The notes under the pieces are model-generated. The model was given only the letters and a program-made list of their open reading frames with translations, had not been told where the DNA came from and did not search any database. The position numbers and the translations under genes were made by a program. From Piromyces finnis finn (taxonomy: Eukaryota > Fungi > Neocallimastigomycota), in contig MCFH01000026.1 of NCBI GenBank assembly GCA_002104945.1, positions 620,001-684,000 on the forward strand: DNA of 64,000 nucleotides, in the 5' to 3' direction. Shown piece by piece: positions 35,770-49,920 of this stretch. Each line of letters opens with the position of its first letter. Within the stretch, counting starts at the first letter, position 1.

Positions 35770-38160
35770 TGTTTGTCCCAACCAACATTAAAGTCTATGT
35801 CATTATTCTTCTTCTTCTTAAACTTTAATTGATTAACTTTAGAATTTTTCTTAATTTCTTGTCCTTTGTCTTCGTTTTCTTCTATTGTTTTAATCCTAGA
35901 TAAGGCATCTGCTAGCGAGTTTTCTTTTTCTTGCTAATATTTAATTTTTATTCTCAGCATACTTATGAGGATATATCACCTTGTGTACCTCATACTGTTT
36001 GATTCTTTATTGTCAAACAGGCCTACCAATGGTTTATGGTCAGTATACAAAAGAGTTTCATATCTATTACCTGATATATAGTATTTAAACTCTTTCGCAC
36101 AGTAGTATACCGCCGTTTCTTCCAAGTCTGTAATGCTATAATTTCTTTTTGCTTTTGATCAAGTCCTACTAACAAAGTGTATTGGGTGTTCTAAATTGTT
36201 TTTTTCATCCACTTGTAAAAGTACTCCCCCAATACCTTCTAAGCATGCATCTGTTCTGATAATAAATTGATTATTATAATTCGGGTATTTCAGAATTAAA
36301 ATATATATTTAATTTAACACATTAAAGCTATCTTGTTCATTCTCCCACATATATAGTTCATTTTTCTTCAATAACTTATTTAATGGAGTAGCTAGTTTGG
36401 TATAATCTTTAATGAATTTTCTATAATATCCTAGAAAAGATCTGAGTTCACTAATGTTTTCTGGTTTTGTCCATTTCTTTATTGCATCAATTTTTGATTT
36501 CATTGTTTTTAAACTACCTTTAGAAACCACATGTCCTAACACCTCCACCTCCTCCTTAAAGAAGCAACATTTCTCTATGTTGATTTCAACTTTATATTTC
36601 CTAAAAGTGTATAGGACTTGTATAATATGTTTAATATTATCTTTTTCATTTTTAGAGAAAATGAGAATACCATCCATGAAAACAAAAATACAATTACCCA
36701 AAAGATCAAAGAGAATATGATTCATTTCTCTTTGAAAAGTTGCAGGAGCACCAGTCAGACCAAAAGGCATTACCTTATACAAAGTTACCAAACTTTGTAG
36801 TAAAACTAGTTAAATCTCTACTTCATAAGAATTTGATGGTAACCAGAGAACAGATCCAGAGTAGAAAAGACCTTTGCACCATGGAAACTATGAAAATTTT
36901 CATCAATATTTGGAATTGAATATGAATCAGGAACTGTCATACCATTTAATTTTCTATAATCACAACACAAGCGCCATTTACCATTTTTTTTTGAGACTAA
37001 AACAATAGGAGAAGACCAAGAAGACTTCGAAGGTTTAGTTAGTCCTTTATTTAAGAGTTTGGTTAATTCCTCCTTGGGAATATCTGATTTAGCCATATTC
37101 AGACCATAAAAACGGCTCTTGAATGGAACGGAGCCAAGCTTTAATTCAATGTGGTGAGGGTTTAACTTAGATGGAGTTAATTCTTCAGTGGATAGAGCCA
37201 CCACATCAATATATTCGTTAAGAAGGTTAGTAACATTCTTTCTATAAGCAGGGTCTAAATCAGACAAAATTTCAGGATTCCTAATATAGTCATAAGGAGA
37301 CAAGGACTTCGCACCAACATTCCTATTTGGTGTAACCATATCATCGGAAATTTCATTTTCCCAATTAAGAGAAAAACAATTTTTAGTTGGACCTATATAC
37401 TTAACAAAACAAGTTATAATAGGAGATTCTTGATCCTCTAGTAAAGGAGAAATACTCTCGAAGTTATTAATATTTATAAACTTACTTAACGATTTAGTAA
37501 AAGGATTAGTGAAAAATCCATTGTCAGTAATAGACTTCAAACCTAGAAGAATATCAAAATAGGTAGCTTTATGTTTAATAACACAAAAATCAGCTGAAAA
37601 TCCATTATTTATTAACACATAAACGGACTATAATAGCATCAGCAGTAGTGCTATCACCAGGAGCCTCATATATACGACCTCTACAGAAGCCAACTTGTTT
37701 GTACTGTCCTGGGAGACTAACTATATGTTACCAAATTTAAGTTGCTTCCCAAATTATTTAATAATTTTCCGTTTATACCATCAATAGAACATCAATAGAA
37801 CAGGCGACAACGCTAAGGTCATCTTCTCTAAAATTATTAGAAACCTTGTGTGTACTGTTCATATTATAAAGTATTGTTTCTTTATCTTTATCAATAGAAC
37901 CAATAAATTGAACTTTGTCCAATTTTAAATTTTTAGATAGCTCATTTCTTAATTTTGGACATATGCCTAAAACTTGACCAAATGTAATATTACATTTAGT
38001 ATTTATTAAATCTTTACCGATATCATATGCTTCCATATTATTAACCTTTGCTAACACCGTATGTCTGGTGTTATAGTTTGACACTTCTTCCTGTTTTGCA
38101 ATATTTGATATATCTGACATATTCTTACAATCTATCAATTTATTATTTATAAATTCCATT
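35770..38160 (-). pseudogene. pol: Degenerate Gypsy protease-RT-RNase H (probably the same element as 33911-34370)
   Basis: YDIGKDLINTKCNITFGQ; KWRLCCDYRKLN; MPFGLTGAPATFQR; DACLEGIGGVLLQ; YTDHKPL; LADALSR. Confidence 0.88.
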
Positions 38161-38292
38161 CAATCATTGTCACAATGACATATATAAAAATTTCAAAAAG
38201 TATAAAATTTCTAATACTTGAAATTATTAAATTTTTTTAAAATTATTAAAATTTTATTATTAAAAATTTTATTTTAAATTTATTAACTATTT

Positions 38293-38568
38293 ACAATAAT
38301 TATATTAATTATTAATTTATAAAAATTAAATATTTTATAATTAAACAATAATTAATTAAAATTAAAAATGTAATAATTAAAATTGTTCATGTATAAAAGG
38401 AACAAAAATTGACAAAAATTTCGAAGATTTACAATAATTATATTAATTATTAATTTATAAAAATTAAATATTTTATAATTAAACAATAATTAATTAAAAT
38501 TAAAAATGTAATAATTAAAATTGTTCATGTATAAAAGGAACAAAAATTGACAAAAATTTCGAAGATTT
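38293..38568. repeat. Direct tandem duplication, 2 x 138 bp, inside repeat I
   Basis: Units start at 38293 and 38431; single-copy in the homologue at 8.39-8.50 kb. Confidence 0.85.
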
Positions 38569-39860
38569 AGAGTTAGTAATTTTTTAACTTAAAGTTAATA
38601 AAATTTATAAACTCCTATAGAACCTAAAATTTAAAAATTTTAATATTTTTAATAATTTAATATATGCTGATATTAAGTTATTGCTAAAATAAAAATATTA
38701 TTTAATTTTCTTTATAAAAATATTATTAGCTTTACGCCTTCAATAGGAAAGCATTTTATATTTGTTAATTAATATATGTTAAAGTTTTACTAAACTTATA
38801 ATTTAATATTAAAATATTAAATTAAATAAAAGATTAAAAGATAACTAGGTTAGAAAAAATGCTTTATTAAAATAATCTTAATTGTTTTATAAATGAATGT
38901 TTAAATTATATATAATATATTGTGGTTAAAATAAATTCTTTATTTTATTTAAATAAGATATTAATAAATAAAATATAATAAGATTATTTAATAATAAAGT
39001 ATTAATATAATAAGTAATAATCTTTACAAAAAATTAAATTTATAAAATATTCTGAACGATTTATACTATCTGTAATTTTACATTTAATAATAAAATAACT
39101 TTTCAATACATGATTATATATATAATATACTTTATAATATTATGACTAAACTTATATCTTTTCATGATTATTAAATTTAAGTATTATTAATAATATTTAT
39201 AATATTAATTATTATTTAACTCTAATATAATTCATTGAATATAATTATAATGTTTATAATCTTTTAATTCAAATATTATAATTTGTCTTATTGAAAAAAT
39301 TGTTATAAAATAAAGTTATTATCTTCAGGAGAATTATTACAATGTAATTTAATTTAATTTAATTTGCTTTAATCAATGGGAAAAATAATTTAGTTTTACA
39401 GAATGATTTATGATTGATACATCAGGGGTGATAATTTTCTGAATTTTCATTAATCATTTGTTCACAATTATTTTTAAACCTTAATATCTCATGAACCAGC
39501 AGAGATATTATACTCGTATTAACATATGTTGTAATTCTCGAACGTGGTTTTCTAACGAAGCCATAATTTCCCAAAACATAATTATCAAAAATCGCCATTC
39601 GTTGAAGAGATACACGTGTTTTTCCTTATTCAATTTTGACGATAAGGGTTAAGGTCATAATATCTTAACCTTTTCTAAATTTTTTGAATATTTCTTAATT
39701 TTATAATTTATTTGAAATTAAAATATTTTGATTTTGAAAATTTCATAAGTAATTTCACAATTTCAAGTGATCTTGAAATTGCAGATTTCATTAGTATTCG
39801 TGACAATATAACTAGTGTATTTACCACACTTTTCTTTAATAAAAAATCGCTTTTTGGCAT

Positions 39861-40655
39861 TGTAATAATTATTATATATTTAATAATAATTATTATCTAC
39901 AATGTAATAATACAATATGTAATATGTATTATTAAATTGAGAAGTTTATTAAAAGTAAATAAAAATGAATACTTATCTTAAAGAGTATATTATAAGTGAA
40001 TTATAATATACGACACAAAATATTAAGAATATTTTTAGTTTAAGTATTTTATGAATATAGTTTTTGAAAGGGTTATTTATTATAATTGTCTTAAAATAAT
40101 AACTCTGGATTCTTTAATGGAATTACAGAGTTCATATATTTATAGTTTTTTAATAATTTAAAGTTTAATAAATAATTTCTAATATTAACAAGTAATCTTT
40201 TTAGGAAAAGACTAGAAGAAAAACCTAAAAAGATATTCGATTGATAACTAATATATCAATATATCAATCATCGAAATATTAAGTATAACCGAATAAAATT
40301 CGGAAAAACCTTAATATCCGATTATTCTAATATTTATTTATACTTTCTAATTGTTTCTATAAGTTATTTCAAGATAAGATACATAAATATAAAATACAAA
40401 CGTAAAATAAAATACATAATGTTTCTTATAAAATGTAATACAAAAATTATTAATTAATAAAATAAATGAATGTTTACTATTATTTTAAATAAATTACTAA
40501 ATTAAATAAATAATTAATATAGTAATATAGTAATTAAATAAATTTTAAAATTAAGTAAATGAATAATTAATATTATCATAAATAAATGCTTATAGTAATT
40601 TAAATGAATGTAATACTAATAATTTAAATAAATAATTAATTTAATAATTAAGAAA
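39861..40655. repeat. Repeat G, uninterrupted copy
   Basis: Colinear with 5599-5999 + 7223-7660; provides the empty site for the CAATC insertion. Confidence 0.65.
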
Positions 40656-41844
40656 ATAATTAATGTCAAAATCACAATCCATGAAATTTCATAATTTTGA
40701 AATTATTAAATAAATTAATTAAAATATTAATTTAATAATATTTTACTAATAATAGTTTATTTAATATAAATATTAATTGGAAAGCTATTTATTATCCGGA
40801 GATAAATAGTGTAACAATTAATTAATATTAAACAAAACCAATTAGTAAAATAAGATTCATTTAAATAATTATTAATATTATTTTTAACAAATTATTAATA
40901 TCGATGTTTAAAGAAAATTATATTATTATTATTATTATTATTATATTTTATTAATATCAATATTATATTAAAAATGAAAGTATAAATAAGTTGAACAAAG
41001 AACAACTTTAAAAAGTTCTTTGTGAGATTATTAATACTCATTTTTATATAGTAAATTCAATATTTGAAATTGATAATTATCATTTATTTATATTATAAAA
41101 ATTAAATAAAATAATTCTTTAAAACAATATTTATTATTCTTTTATTTTAAAAAAATTTATTATTTACTATATAATTAAGCTTATCCTAACCTAGTAGACT
41201 TAATTATAACTATAAATCCACTCGAATTCTTGACAACTAAATAAGAATTAATAATTATACAATAAATAATTATTAATTCTTATAAATTTCTTACACAATG
41301 ATACGGTAAGATATTATCTTATTTCTATAAATGAATATAGAAATTGTTAATGTCTGTATCTAAAACTTAATAAATAGAAATAAATAAAATAAAATAAATG
41401 ATTTTTATACTTGTTCATTTTCAAGTCTTTGTTAGTTTAAAATATAAAATTATTTTATTTAATTATGAAGTTTTAATATTTAATAACTCTTGTATTATTA
41501 AATATATATATGTTATTATTATTCAATACATCTCGTATTTGTTTTCATTAACAATTTTAATTATGTCCTTTTTTAAACAAAAAGATTAATTTTTATGTAA
41601 AGGTATCTTCTGTTAGTTGTGTAACAATTACCTTTCTTAGTAATTAAATTATAGTTAAAATCCATTTAATATTTTTAATTTAGAAATATTATATAATAAA
41701 ATTAATTAATAAAATAAATCTTAATTATTAATAAAATATCATTGATTATTTTAATAATAAAATTCAAGTAAAATTCTCAAAGTATAAGTTATTATGATTA
41801 GGTATAGTAATAAAATATAATTACTGACTATAAAGAATATTATA

Positions 41845-42058
41845 ACTATATAATAAAATATAAATAATTAATAGAAAAATGTACAAAAATTATAATAGTA
41901 TAATTTTTGTAACTTAAAAATTTAGTTAAACAACATTAAGGAATATAAATAGTTGATGGTTGAATTTCTATAATTCTGGCAAATTCAACTATTTAGGTTT
42001 ATTCTTTAATAAAATACCCTCCGTTAAAACTCAAGCTACTCCATAGCTGAGTTATATT
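41845..42058. repeat. Repeat K (second copy 63525-63706), contains two hairpins
   Basis: Shared AAATAGTTGA...TCAACTATTT and AACTCAAGCTACTCC.T.GCTGAGTTAT. Confidence 0.65.
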
Positions 42059-42149
42059 TAACAATATTTTTAAAGTGTACATTTCTATTCATTAGTACAC
42101 AATTAGTTAGATCAGCTAACACTACTGTATTAAACTGTTTCTGAACCAC

Positions 42150-43017
42150 TTTGCGAGGTCACCATTATTTTTCTTTCTTTTTTATTCTTCATTCTTGACA
42201 GTGCTTCAGCTATAACATTATTCTTTCCCTTATCTTATTGAATATAAATAACTAGCTGACTTACCGTTAGACACCAACGATTATGGCGTGCACTATTAGG
42301 TTCTTCATTTTTGAATAACCCTAAAAGTGGTTTATGGTCCGTATATACAGTAATTACATATGGGTTTCCTAATATATACAGTTTTAATTTACTTACACAA
42401 AAGAATAACGTGTTACCTTCTAGCTCCGTTATTCCATAATTTTTCTCCGCCTAGTTCTTTTCTAGTATTTTCATCCTCTTGAAGAAGTACACACCTCCCA
42501 CACCGTCATATGAAGCATCAGTACGTATAACAAAAGGCTCATCAAACTCCGGAAATTCCAAAATGGGAGCATTTATCAGTTTTTCTTTTAATATTGTAAA
42601 TGCTTTTTCGTGTCTTTCTTCTTTAATAATTCACATAAAGGTGCTGTTATTTGAGAATACTTATTAATAAAGTTCCTATAATATCTTACAGCATAAAGAA
42701 ATGAACGTAGCTCATGGATATTCTTTGGAGCTTCCCACTTCTTTATAGCTTCTATTTTACTTTCTAATGGACTTAAACCCTTTGGTGGAAAGTCTATGTC
42801 CTAGAACTTCCAAGTTCATTTTCTTTAAATATTAATAATACTTTCCTCCCATGCTCTATATGTTCTTCTATGCTCTTAGAGTATATAAGAATGTCATCAA
42901 TGAAATTATATACACATTCTATTAAAGGAAATAATATTTTGTTCATTTCCCTTTGGAACTTGGCTGGGGCATTAGTTAACCCAAATGGCATAACCTTAAA
43001 CTGGTAGTTCCCAAACC
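42150..43017 (-). pseudogene. pol: Gypsy RT-RNase H fragment
   Basis: [17 protein letters not shown]; FIDDILIYS; RTDASYDGVGGVLL; YTDHKPL. Confidence 0.85.
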
Positions 43018-44350
43018 CTATTTTAATGCACTTTAATACTAATAAATTCAATCTATTTCCTTATAATATAATTACTGTTTTTATAAGTGTTTTATGTTTT
43101 ATTACTGTTTGTTTATATAATATTAAAACTTTATTAAAGATTTGTTTTATACTATGATTAAAATACAATTAAAAAAAAATTAAAAATATAAAACTAGAGT
43201 ACTAAATTTTAGTACACTTAGATTTCTTTAATTTTCTTTCTACTTCGATAACAAATTTTTCAAGTTGTATTAATTCTAGCATTTTAGTCTCCATCATTGT
43301 CATTACTAGCTAATAATCTTTAAATTTGTTATCGATTTTAATCTAAAAACAAATCATATGGATCTAACTAAAAAGATTAAGTTGTATCTTAAATCACTTA
43401 CATGTTGATTTACTTTTTCAACCTTCCTTTATATTTCATTGACTTTAGTAATGATTTCTTCATTATTGGTAATTCCGATTTTGGTGTTTATCTCTTCAAT
43501 TTTCTTATGTAGATTCGTTTGTTTATCCAGTAAATACTTAAGATCTTAAGCTCTTATGTTCCTTTGTTTCATCTTCTAATTTGTCGTTTTAAACCTAACC
43601 AAGATATCTTTATCCTATCCGACGCCTCCGAAATTGGTATTGGCGCTGCTATTTTCATGTAGGAGATAAAAACGATACAATCGATAACTACATTACGAAA
43701 AATTATCGAGAATATTTAGACATAAAAATGGTCATAATTCGGACATAAAAAATAAGGAAAAATCAAAATCCGAGAAAAAGAAATCTAGTGACAAAGTTAT
43801 CCCTCCTTCTATAGAGAACTCTATAAAGAAAAAAATTTATTGGAAATTAAACAGTATAAATTAGAAAAATTATACAAAAAAATTAAATCAATTGGTTTCT
43901 TTTCAAGAAAATTAAACACTACTGAACAAAAATACTCCACTTTTGACAGGGATTTATTAGCACTCTCTGAAACTCTTATTCAATTATAGAACACTATTAA
44001 AACAAGGTCAAAAACTTTAGAACCACTGTTAATACAGATTACTAGGTTCTTATGGTCAGTCGCATTGTAAAGTTTTCTGATCATAAGAACCTAGTAATCT
44101 GTATTAACAGTTGTTTTAATATAGAAACAAACAGAAAATTAAGACTTTTCGAAAATATTTGCAACTACAATATCACTCCCTGTTACTTAGAAGGTAAAGA
44201 CAACAAAATCGCTGACTTCTCTTCAAGATTTATCCAAGAAGAAAATATTATATAAACAAACAGTAATAAAACATAAAACACTTATAAAAACAGTAATTAT
44301 ATTATAAGGAAATAGATTGAATTTGTTAGTATTAAAGTGCACTAAAATAG
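43018..44350. repeat. 107-bp inverted repeat (43018-43124 / 44244-44350) around retroelement fragments
   Basis: Arms differ at two positions by eye; no TSD found. Confidence 0.8.
43590..44255 (+). pseudogene. Family-H RNase H fragment
   Basis: FILSDASEIGIGAAIF...KYSTFDRDLLALSETL...SDHKNL...EGKDNKIADFSSR; DNA nearly identical to 54740-54805. Confidence 0.8.
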
Positions 44351-44479
44351 TGAAGTGAAATTAAAAAACCTTGCCTTTAATACTACAATATTACATGTAT
44401 ATTTTGATATAATTATTGATTTAGAAATTTAAATAAACCCATAATAGTTACTGTAGGAGATTAAGTGTAAGTAACTATT

Positions 44480-44610
44480 ATTTAATTATTCCATAAAATT
44501 TATATAATGAATTTTATAAATAATTTTTCATTAAAATATCAAAATTATTATTTAATAATTTTAATTAATTATTAAATAATTTAAAAGATATATTTTATAT
44601 CTTAAAAATA
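44480..44610 (-). mobile_element. Family-A LTR fragment
   Basis: ATTATTCCATAAAATTT...AAAAGATATATTTTATATCTT matches the family-A end. Confidence 0.75.
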
Positions 44611-45149
44611 CATTATTCAAAGAAAAATCATCATTTGAAAATTATAATTATTAATATTTATGAATATTAAATAATAATATAAATTTTGAGTTATTATTAA
44701 ATATTATTTAAATATAAACAAAAATAAAAAATCATGTATAAATAATAAAAATTTTATTTAAAACTAAAGTAAAATTATAATTAATATTAATATTATTAAT
44801 ACCACAATTTATAATATATATTAACATCATAAAAATTTAAGACAACAACAACAAAAATATAAAAAAAATAATAAACAAATATTATTTTAGCTTTTTAAAA
44901 AAATTCTTTAAATTATATTATTTTCATTAATTATTTTTTTGTAATTATATATTAATATTTCTTATGAGTTTTTAGTATAAATCTATAATAATATTAAAAA
45001 AATTACTACTACTATTATATTATTATTATTTACATTATTATTTATTTATTTATTTTTTATTATCCTTTTTTTTAAATTTAGAATTTTTATATTTATATTA
45101 TCAATTTAATTTATCCACTTTTATAATAAATAGTTTGGTTAATTGATTT

Positions 45150-46250
45150 TTTTTCAACCTAAAGATGTATTTCCCGACGGAGATGAATCTTAACATTCCT
45201 TAAATTTAGGGTACATACTATTATCAAAATCAATACATTTAAGTGTAGTAGACATAAATGTTTAAAGGATAATACTTCCATATTTGAATTTGGCTTTAGC
45301 TTTTTCGCAAGACACTAACATTAAATGTTTGTTGTAACCACTAGATTCACTAAGATTATCATCTAATCAATAATTTGATTTCTTTTTTATTTCACCATTT
45401 TTTGAATTTGCTAAATTCCAGATGAATAGTGAATCATTATAATTTATTAGTCATATATAATATTAATTATTATATGATAATTTAATAATTTAATTCTATC
45501 ATATGTTGAAATATTTGATATACTGAGATATTTTTCATGTTCTATATCATAATTGCTCTGAAAGGTGAATGAATTGTACAATTCAGGAATTTCATAGAAT
45601 ATTATCCATTTATTCTTTTTATTATTTTTATTACATGTATAATAACAGACTTATCTAAGTAAAATGCATTCTGTCATTCATCAAAATACCGAAATTTTCA
45701 TTTTTACTTACAAGAGTGATGTTTGAATCAGATGATACATATTGTTGTGAGAACATTTTATCAAATACTTATAATTTACATTTTTTAAAACACTAATTAC
45801 CACTTTCTGGTATTTCCCATATAAATTCATTTTCGTTACAGCTTTTCTTTAAATCTATTTCTAGATTACATCTATATCGTTTATATCCAGATTTAGATAT
45901 GTCAGCCATATGAAGAATGTTAGAATCGTAAAAGTAAGATGTTACAATTAATTTATTATATGAGCTTTTTTGTAAATAAATAATAACTAGTTTCTAAATT
46001 TTTCCAAATACCACCATTTCAACTTTCAGGTATTTCCCATAGGTAAATTTCCCCATTACATTTTACATTTTAAGTCAATCTTTACTTCGTTATTCCATTT
46101 TCCTACTGCATATAAGCAACTCTTTGTAATACTATTAATAATGTAGACTATTTTAGTTTTTACAGGGTTTGAATTAGACAAATTCCAACGTTTTTCTATA
46201 CTCCAGATCCACTATATGGTATTCGCCATAAGAATAAATCATTTTTTCAT
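45150..46250 (-). pseudogene. Decayed secreted ricin-type lectin-repeat gene
   Basis: Signal-like start (MKK.FILMANTI.WIWSIE), IINSITKSCLYA, CNENEFIWEI, SCEKAKAKFKY, KCIDFDNSMYPKFKEC; multiple stops. Confidence 0.5.
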
Positions 46251-46479
46251 AAATTATTAGCTCGTAAACATAAATAAGTTTTTTTGTATCTTTGTCATAT
46301 ATATATATACTCTTTGAACTTTATCTGGTGTCTTGGAAGGTATTAGTAATATACACTTATTTCATTATTATATTTCTAATAAAATGTAGCCTACCATATG
46401 TACAAGTCAAATTTATATCTTTTATAATAATATCTTTATTAAATTTCTACTCTACACTTTATCTGATGGCCTAAATAAA

Positions 46480-48130
46480 ATATAATTCATGGTTTAAAAT
46501 TTGTTTTAATTGTATCTTTTTTGAAATTTTGAGTGATTTCCTCTGTATCTAAATTAATAAATCTATAATATGTTGTGAATGGATATTCCCATACAGTAAA
46601 ATCATTATTATCTAATAATATCACACCATACTTACCATTATTGATATTGCATATAATTTTATGCTAATAAAACTAAATTTTAATCTTCTAAATCTAATAC
46701 ATTCAGATTATCCAGTGTCAAATAACCAGTTTTTTTATCAAAACGTAATTTTGATTCTGTGGTTATATTGTATTTAAAAAACAGTACCTTATCTCCACAG
46801 AAATATACGAATTTTGTCCTTAAAAATATATATTGATATTCATTTATAATTTTAAATTGATTACTATTTCTTTTATATATAAAATCACTTTCTTCTTCTG
46901 TATATTCATAATAATTGCTTTTATTATACACATCATTATTTTTTAATTCAACTTTGAAATTCTCATAGTTTATCGAGTTCATTTTTATTTTTACGTGTCT
47001 ATTTCTGAAAGAATCAGGATTTAAATTATTGTCACAATTACAATACTAAAAAATAAAGTGCATCCTTACAGTATTCCTCCGTTTGTTCTAAGATATACTG
47101 ATAATTAATGTTACTATTTTCAAGCATGCTTTTCACCTTTTCTTTATTTTTATACAATGTTTCTTCACAATCTTTATCAACATAATTGTAATTTTTGTTA
47201 ATTAAAGATTCTAAATTTTTCAAAAATTGTTTATATTTTATCGCTTCGTATTTCAGTCAATTTTTTATTGGGAGGAAATATATAAATTAAATTTTCTACA
47301 TAATTTGTCTTATCTACTTAGTCATTATACTTACTTTTCATAATTTTGACGTACCCATTTGTATGTAATATACATAAAATAGAAACATATATTTTGAAAT
47401 ACATGATCATTAAATCATATATTTTCATTATCTACTTTCTCTACTTTTTGAAGTAAATTTTGATATTTTAAATGAAATTTTGATATTTTAAATGAAAACT
47501 TCATACGGTAGTAATTATTGTTATCATCAAATATGTAATTGTTATTCGAAGAATCAATATAATTTACTGATCTTCTTAGATCTGGTATTCATCTTCTGTA
47601 AATCTATTAATGAGCTGTTCACCTACTCTTATAATTTACTCTCCATTGAATTTGATTAAAAATTTATTTATTTTATTAATACACATTTCTTTAAAATTAA
47701 ATAAATAGATTTTTAATCAAAGAAATATGTTCTTAACAATGACGGAATTTATAATAATTACTAAATTACCTTTGTTATTTCTGAGTAATAACGAAAGTTT
47801 GGATTCCTTATTCCGATTTAACAGGCATTGTAAAATTCATGTTCACTATATATCAGAAATTCTTGATAATCATACATGACTCATATTCCATACTTCTTTA
47901 CCATTCTCATTTACAATTCTAAATGTTCCTGCATTTAAAATTTCAAGTCTATACTTTTTATATGTATGTTTATTATCCTCTTCTTGGATATTAATTGTAC
48001 TTCATTAATAAATAACTAAATTTATTTAAAATTCGCATTACGCCATCTCTTCTCACAATCATTTTATACGGTGCTTTTCTTAGTCATAAATTATATGTTT
48101 TTGATTCCCATATTAAATTTCCATTTTAAT
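46480..48130 (-). pseudogene. Decayed host coding sequence, unassigned (weak bulb-type-lectin-like segments)
   Basis: Open stretches 46680-46982 and 47038-47223; YRLEILNAGTFRIVNENGKEVWN near 47.9 kb. Confidence 0.3.
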
Positions 48131-48619
48131 TGTCACAAATAAATTTATTTTATACTAAAATTTAGTTATAAAATTATTTGGGTTTAATAAAGAATAAAAA
48201 ATGTGGTACAATATTGATTTATAATTTTATAAAATACAAATACATAAAAATACATAAAACATTACTTATATGATACTTTTTTTAATTTATTTAATTATGT
48301 ATTAACTTATTTATATATGTATTTATTTGTTTGTTTATTTACTTATTATTTTTTATTTATTTGTTGGTTTGTTTTTTTTATATATTTATTAGTTTTAACA
48401 TTTTAATTTTAATATTAATGTTCGTCAAACATCATTCAATTTTTTTATTATTATAATTATAATAGATCAATTTTATTTAAAGTAACATTTGGTTTAAAAT
48501 TTTATTTTATTGTTTGTTTATTATTAGAATTAATAATTACTTTAAATATCTATATTAATATAAAAATTTTAAAAAAATATTAGTAGTACAATATTAATAA
48601 TAAAATGTTATCAGTTATT

Positions 48620-49920
48620 TTTTTGACAGGTTTATTATTCATCATAGTCCATATTTAATCAGCATGTACTTCATCACCACAATCAATTAATTTTACTTTT
48701 TTCCTTAATTTTGAAGATTCCTTATCAGGATAACCAAAACACAAATTTTCCGAGAATTTACTTACTATAGTTTTATCATTTTTATGATATCTTATAATAG
48801 CATTTTCATCACAATTACCCATTAGTAATTTACTATTATCACTATCGGAAATTCGTAGGCATAAATTCAAGTTACTTTTTGGTATTTATAATATACCACT
48901 GAAAATTGTCTGTATTATCACATTTTTCATAAGTCGGAGTTTCATCATCATAATCTGGGTCATATAAACATTTGTTGTTATATTCATTATATATCCATAC
49001 CGGTTTAGACGTTGGAGTTTGATTCTTTGTAGTAGTAAATGTTGTTGTTGTTGTGGTAGTGGTAGTAGTGGTGGTAGTTGTTGTTATTGGTGGTATAAGT
49101 ATTCTTTGTAGCAGTAATTTTGCTTGAAGGTTTTGAATTTTGAATAATCCATACTTGTTCTTCTTATATTTCATCATAACAATCATAAAGTACTACTTTA
49201 TTTCTTACTCTTGATTTTTTTTTTCATTCATATAACTGATAGAATTTCCAAGACAGAGACTCTTTGATAATTTACTTGCTATAGTTCCATCATTTTTACG
49301 AAAACATAAGATGGCACTTTCATCACAATCGCCCATCAATAGTTTATTGTTATCATAGTCAGAAACCCTTATACATAAATCCGGGTTACTTTTAGACTTG
49401 AAATAACTTCCTCCCTTTGTATTTACTATGTACAATTGATAATTAGTTGTAATGTCACATTTCTCATATGTTGGTGTTTCACCATAATAATCAGGTCCGT
49501 ATAAGTATTTATCAGTATATTCATTGTATATTCTTACTGGTTTAGATGCTGGTGTTTGATTTATTATAATAATGGTAGTGGTAGCTTTTTTAGTAGATCT
49601 TTTATTTAATAATCGAAATATCAATTTTTTGTTATTTCTATCACAATTCTTTAATGTTAAGTAATCTGGATCATTCTCATCATCAATAATATTTAAACAC
49701 ATATTATTGCTTTTTTTAAGATTAGATGCTTCAATATATTTCATAACATTATTTTCATCACATTTGTTTAATACTATTTCATTGTTAATAGCTAATATAC
49801 ACATATCTTTATGAGTAGCTGATTTAAAATGAATGCCATTATCATTTTCAACAATATACCAATTACTATTATTAGTATTATCACAAATATCATAAATTAC
49901 TGGTTCATCTAAAAAATCTT
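48620..49920 (-). pseudogene. Ricin B-type lectin repeat protein with Thr-rich linkers (frameshifted, 5'-truncated)
   Basis: Repeated PV(W/R)IYNEY..K.LY.PDY..ETPTYEKCD.T.N.Q.YI.NTK and LC(L/I)R.SD.DN.KLLMG.CDE.AI; poly-Thr linker at ~49030-49085. Confidence 0.75.

Noticed and set aside
49030-49085. (GTT/GTA/GTG)n microsatellite
   Set aside because: It encodes the poly-Thr linker of the lectin pseudogene.
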